Made by a program: the position numbers and the translations under genes. The notes under the pieces were generated by a model that saw only the letters and a program-made list of their open reading frames with translations, was not told where the DNA came from and ran no database searches. DNA of 64,000 nt, taken from assembly GCA_028717225.1 (NCBI GenBank), contig JAQUOF010000001.1, forward strand, positions 30,322-94,321, read 5' to 3'. Below are positions 52,264 through 62,052 of this stretch, in pieces. The DNA is from Patescibacteria group bacterium (GTDB lineage: Bacteria > Patescibacteriota > Patescibacteriia > UBA2591 > JAQUPP01). Positions within the stretch are counted from its first letter, which is position 1; each line of letters begins with the position of its first letter.

Positions 52264-53013
52264 TTATTTAGAAGACATTTGCCAGAAAAATTTAAATATC
52301 TGTTTCATAAATTCGCTTAATTCTTTACTCTCAACAATAAAGGCAAAATTTTCTTTTTCCGAGAGAATAATGGAAATTTTATTTTCGTATATTTGAATCA
52401 AGCTGTTGAATATTAAATTTTTAGGTAAAAATTTTACTTCGCGCATTAATCCTTTGTCTGCGGCATAAAATTCCCATTCGCTTGAATGAAATTCTTTATC
52501 TGTAAATTGACGCAAATCTTTGCGCAATATTTTTCTCTCAATTCTTCGGTCAGCGAAATGCCTTGTATATGTTTTTCCAAAAACTTGCAATATATCTTTA
52601 ATGGGAGAGAAGGTCATAACGGTTGTATTTTTATAATTCAGAATATCTTCAAATACTTTTTTTACCCCTTCTCTGCCTTCGTAAAATTTTAATTTCGGCT
52701 TGAATTTAGTCTCAGAAAATATATTTATAAAATCCGGCAAATAACTTTCGGCCAGATTTTTTTGTTTTTCAAGGCTCTCAATTAATGTTTTAGGATTTTT
52801 TGCCCTGAATGTTTTTGTGTATGATTTTGAGTCAGTTTCAACCAGCCCTTGATTATTTAACTCCTCAAGTATTTTGTAAACGGTTGTTCTAAGAACATTG
52901 GCTTTCTTGGCTATTTCGGTCGCCGTAGCCGATCCTAACTCTAAACAAGCCAAATAAACCTGAGCTTTATTTTCATTAAATCCTATTTTTTTGAGCAATT
53001 CTATAAAATTCAT
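52264..53013 (-). CDS. TrmB-family transcriptional regulator (second paralog)
   Basis: N-terminal wHTH (AQVYLACLELGSATATEIAKKANVLRTTVYKILEELNNQGLV); 249 aa. Confidence 0.7.
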   Translation of the reverse strand: MNFIELLKKIGFNENKAQVYLACLELGSATATEIAKKANVLRTTVYKILEELNNQGLVETDSKSYTKTFRAKNPKTLIESLEKQKNLAESYLPDFINIFSETKFKPKLKFYEGREGVKKVFEDILNYKNTTVMTFSPIKDILQVFGKTYTRHFADRRIERKILRKDLRQFTDKEFHSSEWEFYAADKGLMREVKFLPKNLIFNSLIQIYENKISIILSEKENFAFIVESKELSEFMKQIFKFFWQMSSK

Positions 53014-53059
53014 AAATTTTGTATATATTATTAGACAACCATAATTATATATTAATCAA

Positions 53060-53134
53060 TTATTTTGTCAAGATTTTGTATTTTTTAGACAACAATGTCT
53101 AATTTTATTGACAATTTTGAAATTTCTGCTATTA
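53060..53134. promoter_or_regulatory. Divergent control region: inverted repeat TTAGACAACAATGTCTAA (plus half-site TTAGACAACC) and TTGACA-N16-TATTAT promoter for the B12-radical-SAM gene
   Basis: 7-bp arms TTAGACA/TGTCTAA at 53085-53102; consensus promoter at 53107-53134; candidate operator for the adjacent TrmB-like regulator. Confidence 0.45.
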
Positions 53135-53186
53135 TATAAATATAAAGGTAAATAACCGTTCTTTAAAAAATAAAAAAGGAGGAAGG

Positions 53187-54491
53187 ATGAATACACAGTA
53201 TGATGCTTTTTTGGGAATTATTTCCAGTGGAGAGATGTTGTCTCTCTCCTCGGCAAAATTTGCCAGCCCTTTGGGACTGAATGTTTTAGGGACAAAAGTA
53301 AAACAATCTTTTTCAAATGTCTTTGTCAAAATCTATAATCTTGAAATTAATGATTTCCAGATTGTAAAAAAAGACATTAAAAGGGTTGTAAAAAATTATC
53401 ACCGCATTCTTGTTGGCTTAACTTTGATTGCCGGTAATGTTCTAAAATCATTTGAGTTGGCAAAGTGGCTTAAAGAATTGGGTTGTGATGTTATTGTCGG
53501 CGGACCGGAGATTAATGAATTGTCAGCTAATCATTTTTCTACCCTGCCAATAGTGGACGGAATTATAATCGGCTTTGGGGAACACATTATTGCTGAAATA
53601 GTAAGAGATGGTTTAAAGCAAAAAATCTATACCATTCCTCAATATTTTGACTTTCAAAATTCAGCCGTGGATTATAGCTTATTGTTCCGGATAGAAGATT
53701 ATGGCGGCGTTAGCATGCTATGGGGCGGGGACTGTCACCTTTGCAATAAGCGTTGTTATTTCTGTTCTCGTAAAAAACGCGGTTTCGGCTGGCGCAATCC
53801 ACGAATTGTATGGGAAGAATTAAGATATGCCTATCAGAAAGGAATTAAAAAGATTTACAATACCGCTGATACAGTAGCCGTGAGTTTAGGGCAATTAAGA
53901 CAACTTGCAGAAACCAAGCCATTAGAACTAGCAGGAATGAAGATAAAATGTTTTATCAATGCCACTCAAGTGACTGATGAAACCGCTGAATTATTAAAAC
54001 AGCTGAATGCTTGGGCTGCGGTTGGAATTGAGAGCTTGGCCCGAGTTGCGGCAGTTGGAAAAGGGGGAACAACCATGGAAGATAATTTTCGGGCAATTAA
54101 AATTTTGGCTCAGCATGGCGTTCCTATGATTTTAACTTTTGTAATGGGATTACCTAAAGAAACAAAAGAATCAATTGAAGCTGATGCAAAAGAAATTTTA
54201 CGAATTGTCCGAGAATATCGCGATTCTATTTATTGGGTCACCGTCTCGCCGCTGTTAGTAACCCTTGGTTCTCAAGCTTTTGAGGATTCGTTGACTCAAA
54301 ATCTGCCTACTCGCCACGAATGGGAATTCTATAATCCCTTCCTTCTCACCGAACAATATTTTAAAAAATTTTGTTCGGTAAAAATAGATACGGTTTATAA
54401 AACAATTGCTTATCTTAAAGATAAAATAAGTGAAATAGCTCCGGAAATTATTTTCGACTCAAAGGGGTTGGATCCAAAAAGATGGAAATAA
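53187..54491 (+). CDS. B12-binding-domain radical SAM protein (class B radical SAM family)
   Basis: N-terminal cobalamin-binding-like Rossmann segment (IAGNVLKSFELAKWLKELGCDVIVGGPE) followed by CNKRCYFC (CxxxCxxC); 434 aa. Confidence 0.75.
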   Translation: MNTQYDAFLGIISSGEMLSLSSAKFASPLGLNVLGTKVKQSFSNVFVKIYNLEINDFQIVKKDIKRVVKNYHRILVGLTLIAGNVLKSFELAKWLKELGCDVIVGGPEINELSANHFSTLPIVDGIIIGFGEHIIAEIVRDGLKQKIYTIPQYFDFQNSAVDYSLLFRIEDYGGVSMLWGGDCHLCNKRCYFCSRKKRGFGWRNPRIVWEELRYAYQKGIKKIYNTADTVAVSLGQLRQLAETKPLELAGMKIKCFINATQVTDETAELLKQLNAWAAVGIESLARVAAVGKGGTTMEDNFRAIKILAQHGVPMILTFVMGLPKETKESIEADAKEILRIVREYRDSIYWVTVSPLLVTLGSQAFEDSLTQNLPTRHEWEFYNPFLLTEQYFKKFCSVKIDTVYKTIAYLKDKISEIAPEIIFDSKGLDPKRWK

Positions 54492-54597
54492 TTTTTACAA
54501 GCAGCGGTTCAAATTTGAACCGCTGCTATTTTATTCTCTTGAAAAATATAATTTATTATGTTAAGATAAAAAAATAATAATTATAAATTTATAAATT

Positions 54598-55308
54598 ATG
54601 TCTAAATTAGTTTTTGATATTGAAACAATTGGAGAAAATTTTGACGAGATGGACGCAACAACCCAAGAAATTCTTATTAAATCAATTAAAAAAGATTCCA
54701 AAGATAATGACGAATATGAAAAATCCCTGCAAGATTTAAAGCAAGGACTTGGATTTTCGCCTTTAACCGGTGAGATTGTCGCAATTGGCGTTTTGGATTG
54801 TGAAAAAGACAAAGGAGCGGTTTGTTTTCAAGCTCCAAATGCCAATCTTAAAGAAACAGAAGAAAATGGCATTAAATTCAAGCCAATGACCGAGAAAGAA
54901 ATGCTGGAAAATTTTTGGAACGGCGCAAAAAATTATCAAGAATTCATCAGTTTTAACGGCCGAGGTTTTGACGTGCCATTTTTAATGATTAGATCGGCGA
55001 TTAATAATGTTCTACCAACAAAAGATTTAATGTCTAACCGATATCTTGGAAGCCAGAAATATGATTCCAAACATATAGATTTATTTGATCAGCTTTCTTT
55101 CTACGGCGCTGTTTGGCGAAAGGGAAGTTTACATCTTTGGAGCCGCGCCTTTAATATTAAAAGTCCCAAAGCCGACGGAGTGACAGGCGATGACGTGAGT
55201 GCTTTATTTAAAGAAAAAAAATTCTTGGATATTGCCAAATATAATGTCGGTGATTTAAGAGCAACAAAAAAACTTTACGAGTATTGGGAAAAATATTTTA
55301 AATTTTAA
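54598..55308 (+). CDS. RNase-H-like 3'-5' exonuclease of the PolB-exonuclease-domain-like family (PF10108-like)
   Basis: Exo I-like LVFDIETIG, Exo II-like ISFNGRGFDVPFL, Exo III-like YNVGDLRATKKLYEY motifs; 236 aa. Confidence 0.55.
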   Translation: MSKLVFDIETIGENFDEMDATTQEILIKSIKKDSKDNDEYEKSLQDLKQGLGFSPLTGEIVAIGVLDCEKDKGAVCFQAPNANLKETEENGIKFKPMTEKEMLENFWNGAKNYQEFISFNGRGFDVPFLMIRSAINNVLPTKDLMSNRYLGSQKYDSKHIDLFDQLSFYGAVWRKGSLHLWSRAFNIKSPKADGVTGDDVSALFKEKKFLDIAKYNVGDLRATKKLYEYWEKYFKF

Positions 55309-55346
55309 AATTAATCCCAGAGATGAATAATTTTTATAATAGTGAA

Positions 55347-55376
55347 AGGGGAGACACCCATATGGTTGTCTCCCCG
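55347..55376. terminator. Terminator hairpin GGGGAGACA...TGTCTCCCC
   Basis: 9-bp GC-rich stem; same GGGGAGAC stem family as 55641-55670. Confidence 0.6.
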
Positions 55377-55393
55377 TAGTTTTCCTCCTTTAT

Positions 55394-55531
55394 TTAGAGA
55401 ATGGCTATTTCGTCGACTCCATCTGGAGCGACATACTTTATGGCTACTGGATAGCCCGTTACTTCGTCTGTTAAAACAACTTTTTTTTCACGCAACCCTT
55501 GTTGCGCGCTTGTGTTTTGTGATGCTGACAT
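55394..55531 (-). CDS. Small protein (45 aa) with its own strong promoter, SD and terminator
   Basis: SD AGGAGGAG 7 nt before ATG; upstream GGGGTTGACA-N17-TAATAT promoter at 55570-55606 (minus); below the ORF-track cutoff; translated by eye. Confidence 0.3.
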   Translation of the reverse strand: MSASQNTSAQQGLREKKVVLTDEVTGYPVAIKYVAPDGVDEIAIL

Positions 55532-55569
55532 CTTCTCCTCCTACTTCTTTTTTTTATAGTTTATATTAT

Positions 55570-55606
55570 CTATATATTATATTAGCACAAAAAATATTTT
55601 TTGTCA
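55570..55606 (-). promoter_or_regulatory. Extended promoter GGGGTTGACAAAAAA-N-TAATAT (minus strand)
   Basis: Near-identical to the promoter at 56095-56135. Confidence 0.5.
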
Positions 55607-55640
55607 ACCCCTGTTCTGTTAATAAATATTAAATAAAAAA

Positions 55641-55670
55641 GGGGAGACGCTTTCAAGCGTCTCCCTTTAA
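55641..55670. terminator. Terminator hairpin GGGGAGACGC-TTTCAA-GCGTCTCCC
   Basis: 10-bp stem followed by TTTAAATT. Confidence 0.6.
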
Positions 55671-55690
55671 ATTAGTTTTCCTCCTTTATT

Positions 55691-56062
55691 TTATATTAAG
55701 GGCGACAAATTGCCCAAAATATGTTCATTCGCTTCCCACATAACTCCGGGCATTAATGTTACCATCCACTCGCTGCCATCTTTTGCTGCGAGTTCACTGA
55801 TCTTGCTTTGACCCTCCGGTATTGGAATTTCAAATCTTCCCTTTTTTAATATTTCGCCTATCTTACTTTGATTAAAGGGATCAAAGATCTCAAATCTTTT
55901 ATCCGAGATTTTAGGATTAAAATCTCTTGGATATAAAGTGGTAAAAATAAATTTACCATTTTTATTAACAATGGAGCATTGCCCCACAACTTCTCTCTTA
56001 CACGGAACCACCGGTACAGCACCTGGTTGTACCTTGTTTACTTCTTGTGCTACAGCTTGCAT
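55691..56062 (-). CDS. Hypothetical protein (123 aa)
   Basis: SD GGAGGGATAATG; dedicated GGGGTTGACA promoter and hairpin terminator; no motif recognised. Confidence 0.45.
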   Translation of the reverse strand: MQAVAQEVNKVQPGAVPVVPCKREVVGQCSIVNKNGKFIFTTLYPRDFNPKISDKRFEIFDPFNQSKIGEILKKGRFEIPIPEGQSKISELAAKDGSEWMVTLMPGVMWEANEHILGNLSPLI

Positions 56063-56094
56063 TATCCCTCCTCTACTTACTTTTTCTATTGATA

Positions 56095-56135
56095 GAATTA
56101 AATATTAACACTTTAAATTTTTTTGTCAACCCCGT
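56095..56135 (-). promoter_or_regulatory. Extended promoter GGGGTTGACAAAAAAA-N-TAATAT (minus strand)
   Basis: TTGACA, 17-bp spacer ending GTGT, TAATAT. Confidence 0.5.
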
Positions 56136-56149
56136 TAGAAATTTAAAAT

Positions 56150-56186
56150 AAAAGAGCTTGTTATTTTTAATATAACAAGCTCTTTT
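56150..56186. terminator. Terminator of the HU gene
   Basis: AAGAGCTTGTTAT-TTTTAAT-ATAACAAGCTCTT 13-bp stem. Confidence 0.7.
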
Positions 56187-56201
56187 AAAAAAATTTCAAA
56201 T

Positions 56202-56477
56202 TTATTTTACAGAAGTTTTGAATTCTTTACCGGCCTTAAACTTAGGAACTTTCATTGAAGGAATTTGAATTTTAACCTGAGTTTTTGGATTAATACCAGC
56301 TCTTGCTTTTCTTAATTTAACGGAAAAGGTTCCAAAACCGGCGATGGCCACTTTGTCTCCCTTCTTAAGAGCGGCAATAATGCTGTCAATAAAAGTATCA
56401 ATCATTCTGGCTGTTTCAGCTTTAGAACAATTTTTAGCTTTATTGGTTACAACTTCGATTAATTCAGCTTTATTCAT
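56202..56477 (-). CDS. hup: HU-family DNA-binding protein
   Basis: MNKAELIE...GFGTFSVKLRKARAGINPKT conserved HU arm motifs; 91 aa. Confidence 0.9.
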   Translation of the reverse strand: MNKAELIEVVTNKAKNCSKAETARMIDTFIDSIIAALKKGDKVAIAGFGTFSVKLRKARAGINPKTQVKIQIPSMKVPKFKAGKEFKTSVK

Positions 56478-56557
56478 AATTTTTTTAAAGATTTATTTAA
56501 TTGTTCGTTTTTTAAACGAATAGTGAGAATAAACGACCTTTAAAATATTTTTATGTC

Positions 56558-57679
56558 TTATTTGCTTTTAATCGGCATGATTAAATATAAATAAGATTCA
56601 TCAGAAACAGATCTAATAACAGCGGCCGTATTGTCATTTGTCACTTCAATATTCACCTCTTCGCCGCCCAAATTAATTAAACCATCGAGCAGATAACGAT
56701 AATTAAAAACAATTTCATTGTCTTCTCCTGAAATTTCTCCTTCTAAAACAGCCTTGTTTTCTCCCACTTGATTGTTCAGAGAAGAAATTTGAACCTGATT
56801 TTTCTTGGCGATTAATTTTAAGAAAATATCATTAATGCCGCTTTTTGTAAAAAAGCTGGCCGCTTTGACTGTTTTTAAAAAGTCATCTTTGTTAAGAACG
56901 GTTTTAGTTTTAAAATTCTGTGGAATAATTTGTTTATAATCAGGATAAATACCGCTGATTAAACGAGAAACCAATTCTGTGTTCTGATAAATAAATAAAA
57001 TTTGATTTTCCAATAAATAAATTTCCACATTATCTTCATTTTTAATGATTTTTAATAACTCTTGCAGGGTTTTGGCCGGAATAATAATATTTTTTATTTC
57101 TTTAACCGACAATTCTTTCAGAACAATGGATTTCTCCGCCAATCGATAACTGTCGGTTCCCACAATGGTTAAGTTTTTATCCTTGGGATAATTTAGAGTA
57201 AATAAAACTCCGCTTATTTCCATTCTTGTTTCATTGGGCGAGATGGTAAAAATAATTTTCTCCAAAGCATCTTTTAAAATCTTGCTTTCTATAATAATTT
57301 TTTCTTTTTTTTCTATTTGAGGAATAATTGGAAATTCTTCAGATGAAGATCCCTTAATTTTCGCTGTTTGATTTTTAGCTTCAATAATCAATTCGTTGTC
57401 TTTAATTTCTAAATTTAGAACCTCTCCCGGGGGCAATAAATTTATATAATTATTGAATATCTGAGAGGGAACCGTAAAAGTGCCTTCTTCTTCTATTTTA
57501 GCCCTAATTATGGTTTCTATGGCTATTTCCAGATTAGTACTGCTTAATTTTAAACCACCCTTTTCGGTTGAAATTAGAATATTATTCAAGATAGGCAGTC
57601 CTGATTTATTTATTCCGGCTAAATGACTTACAGTATTAAGACCTTGAGATAAATTTTCTTGTAAACAGGAGAATTTCAT
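56558..57679 (-). CDS. dnaN: DNA polymerase III beta sliding clamp
   Basis: Three-domain ~370-aa architecture with N-terminal MKFSCLQENLSQGLNTVSHLAG. Confidence 0.85.
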   Translation of the reverse strand: MKFSCLQENLSQGLNTVSHLAGINKSGLPILNNILISTEKGGLKLSSTNLEIAIETIIRAKIEEEGTFTVPSQIFNNYINLLPPGEVLNLEIKDNELIIEAKNQTAKIKGSSSEEFPIIPQIEKKEKIIIESKILKDALEKIIFTISPNETRMEISGVLFTLNYPKDKNLTIVGTDSYRLAEKSIVLKELSVKEIKNIIIPAKTLQELLKIIKNEDNVEIYLLENQILFIYQNTELVSRLISGIYPDYKQIIPQNFKTKTVLNKDDFLKTVKAASFFTKSGINDIFLKLIAKKNQVQISSLNNQVGENKAVLEGEISGEDNEIVFNYRYLLDGLINLGGEEVNIEVTNDNTAAVIRSVSDESYLYLIMPIKSK

Positions 57680-57925
57680 ATAATGATTAATATTATGAAT
57701 TATTTTTTAATTTATAAATATATAATAATAGTAATAAGCTATGTTGAAAAGTGGGAAAACACTAAAAATCAATAGATACTTGCTTTCTAATAAACTATAC
57801 TTGTTAAAAGGCGGTAGATAAAACAGGGATAAAGAATGGATAAATCAGGCTAAAGAAAGGAAGAAGAAAATAGTCACACTTTATTAACATTTTGTTTCTT
57901 TATTTTTCCCCTTCTTTTTCACAGC

Positions 57926-58831
57926 CTAAAAATCTTCTTCCGGATGAGATAATTTAAGAAATAAATTATTCCAGGTTAAAAATTGAAAAGCAGAGAGAAT
58001 TGAAATTAAAATTGCGAAAACAATGGTCAGAATAAGCGCCCAAAATAAGAAAATCAGCCAAAATCCAAGGGTTACGTTAAATTGTAGAAAAATATAGAAC
58101 AAAAAGAAACAAGGCCAAGAAACACCAATAGATATTAATAAAATTATTAATCCGAATAAAATAGTGGTTATAAAGAGAATTAAAGAGGTTTTAAGGGTGA
58201 CAAGCCAATTTTTTATAAAGAAAATAAATCCTTTTTTAACGGCCAAGAAAAATCTCTCTTGTTCTAAGACCAAGAAACAAACAATATAACGGGAAATAAA
58301 AGAAATAAACACTTCAATCAGAATAAAAATTATAATATAGACGAAAATAGGAATTTGGATTTTATAAAGCGGCGTTAGTCCAACCAAGCTTAAAAGCCCA
58401 TAAATAATAAAAAATGAGATAATATTTAAACCGACAACCGGCAATATAAATTTTGTGCTTTTTTGTAAGATCTCGGGAACAATAAATGTCTTGGAATGTT
58501 TTAGGTTTCGCGCGATGAATAAAAAGGCGATGTAAGTTAAAAAAGATAAATAGATAAACAACAAAGTGACTATAATTGCTAAAATAAATCTTGAAAGAGC
58601 ATCAAGATTAACCGAGGTTGGTAAGGAAATGGAAGAAAAAATTTGTCCAAACTGAGCGCGGATTACTTTAAGGGTGATTAAATTATTTATCCAATTGTTG
58701 ATTTTCTCAATATTAATAATAATCAAACTGATTTCATTCACCGCGAAAGGAATACTTAAAAAACCCAATAACCATAAAATTGGGTTTTCCCAGATGATTT
58801 TTAGGGTTTGTTTTAATGATTTAATTTCCAT
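57926..58831 (-). CDS. Polytopic membrane protein (hypothetical, ~7 TM)
   Basis: 301 aa, hydrophobic throughout; 3 bp downstream of ftsH. Confidence 0.5.
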   Translation of the reverse strand: MEIKSLKQTLKIIWENPILWLLGFLSIPFAVNEISLIIINIEKINNWINNLITLKVIRAQFGQIFSSISLPTSVNLDALSRFILAIIVTLLFIYLSFLTYIAFLFIARNLKHSKTFIVPEILQKSTKFILPVVGLNIISFFIIYGLLSLVGLTPLYKIQIPIFVYIIIFILIEVFISFISRYIVCFLVLEQERFFLAVKKGFIFFIKNWLVTLKTSLILFITTILFGLIILLISIGVSWPCFFLFYIFLQFNVTLGFWLIFLFWALILTIVFAILISILSAFQFLTWNNLFLKLSHPEEDF

Positions 58832-58834
58832 AAA

Positions 58835-60652
58835 TTAATTTTTCATGATTTTGGCAAACTCTTCTTTCTCAATAGTTTCTTTTTTAAGCAGAATTTTAGC
58901 CACTTCTTCCAGTTTTTCTTTATTTTTTTCAAGAATCTCTTGAGCTCTATTATAACAAAGATTAATGATTTTAGAAACTTCTTCATCTATGGTTTGGGCT
59001 ATTTTTTCAGAATAATCTCGTCTCTCGGAAATTTCCCGACCCAAGAAAATTAATTCTTCTTTTTCGCCAAAGGTGCGCGGACCCAAAATATCGCTCATAC
59101 CGAACTCGGTTACAAGCTTGCGGCTTAAATGGGTCACTTGCCGCAAATCATTAGAAGCGCCTGTGGTCACCTCTTTAAAGGTGAGTTTTTCGCTTATATA
59201 ACCGCCAAGATAAACAGCAATATTGTCCAAAAATTCCGGTTTGGAACGAAGATATTTTTCTTCTTCTGGCATGCGCAAAGTATAACCGGCGGCTTGTCCG
59301 CGAGAAATAATTGATACTTTATGAACCGGATCGCAGCTTGGCAAATTCCAGCTGACGATGGCGTGTCCGGCTTCATGAAAAGCGACGATATTTTTTTCTT
59401 TATCCGAGAGAATATGGCTTTTTCTTTCCGGTCCCAATAAAACCTTGTCTATGCTTTCTAAAATTTCTTCATGGCCGACTTTTTTCTTGTTATTTTTAAC
59501 AGTTAAAATAGCTGCTTCGTTTAAAAGATTTTCCAAATCTGCTCCTGAAAAACCAGGCGTTCTTTCGGCAATCTGATGTAAATTTACATTTGATGCCAAA
59601 GGTTTACCGGCGGAATGGATTTTTAAAATAAATTCGCGATCTTTAATATCAGGTATATCTAAAATAACCTTTCTATCAAATCTACCCGGTCTTAATAAGG
59701 CCGGATCTAAAATATCAGGTCGATTTGTTGCCGCCATAACCACTAATCCGCTATTGGGTTCAAAACCATCAAGTTCCACCAGAATTTGATTTAAAGTTTG
59801 TTCTCTTTCATCATGAGATCCGCCAACTCCCGATCCTCTGACACGGCCGACAGCGTCAAGTTCGTCGATAAAAATAATACAAGGAAGATTTTTTTGTGCT
59901 CTTCTAAAAAGATCTCTGACGCGCGAAGCTCCGACGCCAACAAACATTTCCACAAATTCAGAACCGGAAATATGGAAAAAAGGAACATTTGCTTCTCCGG
60001 CCACTGCTCTTGCCAAGAGGGTTTTACCAGTGCCCGGCATGCCGATTAAAAGCACTCCTTTGGGAATTTTAGCTCCCATGTTAATGAAATTTTTTGGACT
60101 TTTTAAGAATTTTACCACGTCTTGAAGGGCTTCTTTGGCTTCATGAACACCGGCCACATTTTGAAAAGTTACTTTTGTTCTTTTGTCTTTTGGGTTAACT
60201 TGTCTGGCCTTGCTTTCTCCAAATTTAAAAGCCTGCATTCCTGATCCCTTCATTTGATTGGATAAATAATAAAAAAAGCCCACCAGAAGCAGGAAGGGCA
60301 ATAAGATGGGTAAAATAACAGTTAAAAAGACATTGCGATTATTGGCGGTTTTAACTTTTATGGAAAGCTTGGAAAGTTTATCAGAGCCAACTCCATAATT
60401 GGCTAAAAGCTCAGTCAAAGGTTGATTGTCTTCTTTTAAGGTAAGTTGTTTCTCTTGATTAACTAATAAAATATTCAAAGAATTGTCAGTAACGACAATT
60501 TCTTTTACTTTATCTTCTTGAATCTCTTGAACCAACTGGCTGATGCTTATTTCTTGAGGTTTTTTATTATCAGAACTTGTTAAACTGAAAACTCCGGCAA
60601 TAACTAAAAAAATAATCAAAAAAATGAGAAAATTCTTTAATAAATTTTTCAT
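58835..60652 (-). CDS. ftsH: ATP-dependent zinc metalloprotease FtsH
   Basis: AAA+ Walker A GPPGTGKT-like ([10 protein letters not shown]), second region of homology, HEAGHA zinc motif. Confidence 0.95.
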   Translation of the reverse strand: MKNLLKNFLIFLIIFLVIAGVFSLTSSDNKKPQEISISQLVQEIQEDKVKEIVVTDNSLNILLVNQEKQLTLKEDNQPLTELLANYGVGSDKLSKLSIKVKTANNRNVFLTVILPILLPFLLLVGFFYYLSNQMKGSGMQAFKFGESKARQVNPKDKRTKVTFQNVAGVHEAKEALQDVVKFLKSPKNFINMGAKIPKGVLLIGMPGTGKTLLARAVAGEANVPFFHISGSEFVEMFVGVGASRVRDLFRRAQKNLPCIIFIDELDAVGRVRGSGVGGSHDEREQTLNQILVELDGFEPNSGLVVMAATNRPDILDPALLRPGRFDRKVILDIPDIKDREFILKIHSAGKPLASNVNLHQIAERTPGFSGADLENLLNEAAILTVKNNKKKVGHEEILESIDKVLLGPERKSHILSDKEKNIVAFHEAGHAIVSWNLPSCDPVHKVSIISRGQAAGYTLRMPEEEKYLRSKPEFLDNIAVYLGGYISEKLTFKEVTTGASNDLRQVTHLSRKLVTEFGMSDILGPRTFGEKEELIFLGREISERRDYSEKIAQTIDEEVSKIINLCYNRAQEILEKNKEKLEEVAKILLKKETIEKEEFAKIMKN

Positions 60653-60657
60653 AGTGT

Positions 60658-61782
60658 TTATTTCTCGTCGCCAGATTGTTGATCTTGAGGCTTATCTTCT
60701 TTATTATTTCTCAAAGAAAGTCCTAAACGATGGTTCTCCGGTTCTACGGAGACAACTCTAAATTTTATTTGATCGCCGATTTTAGCAATTTTGGACATAT
60801 CCGTCACCGGTTGGTCAGAAAGCTCGGAAATATGTGCTAATCCGTGAATATCAGGATCTAGTTCCACAAATAAACCGAAAGGATTTACTTTTAAAACAGT
60901 TCCCATAACCTCTTGCCCCACTTTATATTTTTCAGATACTTTAACCCATGGATCTTCCATTAATCTTCGGGTGGATAAAGAAATTTTGCCGTCTTCGGTA
61001 ATACCGATAATTTTAGCTTTTACTTTATCCCCAACGTTGATTACATTTTTGGGATGATCTATTCTTTGCCAAGCCAATTCGGAAATATGAATCAAGCCCT
61101 CTTGGCTTTTATCAAAAGTGACAAAGGCGCCAAAATCAACTATGCCGCTGATTTTTCCTTCAACCACATCGCCGACTTTGTAATTTGACAAAATAGATTC
61201 TCCGGTTGGTGCTGAAATATTTTTTTCCGAAACAATAAATTTTTCATTTTCCTCATCAACATTGATAATTCGAACAGAAAAATCCTGTCCAATATATGTT
61301 TTGAGTTTTTCCAAAATTCTGGTTTTATTGCCGCCGTCAACTCTGGGATAGTGTTCGCCACTCAAATGAGAAACGGGTAAAAATCCGGCTACTTTTCCAA
61401 AACGAATAAGAAGCCCGCCTTTATTGGCTTCTAGGGCTTTCACTTTTATCGGTTCGCCCTTTTCCATCAGTTCTATTAACTGATCCCATGCTTTTTTATG
61501 GCTGGCAAAACGAAAAGACAATTCCATTAAACCTCTTTCATTCTCCAGATCAATAACGGTTGCCGAAGTTGTATCGCCAATTTTTAAATTGGAAAATTCT
61601 CCGGATTCGTCAAAAAGTTCCGGACCACGGATAATACCGGTGGTGACTCCGTCGATGTCTAAATAAATTTCATTTCGGCCAATTTCTAAAATTTGGCCCT
61701 CAACCAAATCGCCCATCTTGGGAAGCGCTTTGGCAGATTGAAGATACTCTTTTTTAATTAATTTTGTTGTGTCGCTAATCAT
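60658..61782 (-). CDS. rpsA: Ribosomal protein S1-like (four S1 domains)
   Basis: Repeated S1 OB-fold motifs (GxVxGxV...GLxHxSE) x4; short form typical of reduced genomes. Confidence 0.8.
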   Translation of the reverse strand: MISDTTKLIKKEYLQSAKALPKMGDLVEGQILEIGRNEIYLDIDGVTTGIIRGPELFDESGEFSNLKIGDTTSATVIDLENERGLMELSFRFASHKKAWDQLIELMEKGEPIKVKALEANKGGLLIRFGKVAGFLPVSHLSGEHYPRVDGGNKTRILEKLKTYIGQDFSVRIINVDEENEKFIVSEKNISAPTGESILSNYKVGDVVEGKISGIVDFGAFVTFDKSQEGLIHISELAWQRIDHPKNVINVGDKVKAKIIGITEDGKISLSTRRLMEDPWVKVSEKYKVGQEVMGTVLKVNPFGLFVELDPDIHGLAHISELSDQPVTDMSKIAKIGDQIKFRVVSVEPENHRLGLSLRNNKEDKPQDQQSGDEK

Positions 61783-61813
61783 ATAGGATTATTATAAACA
61801 TCTTTAAAAATCA

Positions 61814-61963
61814 GTCAACCCCCTCACCTGAACGCTGATAAGCGCTTAATATCCTATTATGTTTTAATTTTTTTTACACAATAAATTAAAAATATTTTGA
61901 ATATAAACAAATAAAATTTTATATTTTAAAAATACATCAGCGTTTGGTGAGGGGGTCAACCCC
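61814..61963. mobile_element. MITE-like composite inverted-repeat element (GTCAACCCCCTCACC ... GGTGAGGGGGTCAACCCC), paralog of 43646..43770, supplying the rpsA promoter
   Basis: Terminal inverted repeats CCCCCTCACC/GGTGAGGGGG; inner inverted repeat AACGCTGAT/ATCAGCGTT around an AT-rich core; RC of the left end gives GGGGGTTGACT-N17-ATAATA upstream of rpsA. Confidence 0.45.
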
Positions 61964-61986
61964 TGCCTTATTGAATAATAGCCCGA

Positions 61987-62014
61987 TTGACATCTCTGTT
62001 TTAAAAGCTAAAAT
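61987..62014 (+). promoter_or_regulatory. Sigma70-like promoter for the 62053 gene
   Basis: TTGACA, 16-bp spacer, TAAAAT. Confidence 0.5.
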
Positions 62015-62052
62015 AAAGAACAAATAAGGGGCTTCTCAATTTTAAATTAAAA

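Noticed and set aside
55342-55632. 96-aa plus-strand ORF 55342..55632
   Set aside because: It overlaps two terminator hairpins and a minus-strand promoter, and its translation is Leu/Ser/Phe-rich junk. The minus-strand 45-aa gene with SD and promoter is the better explanation.
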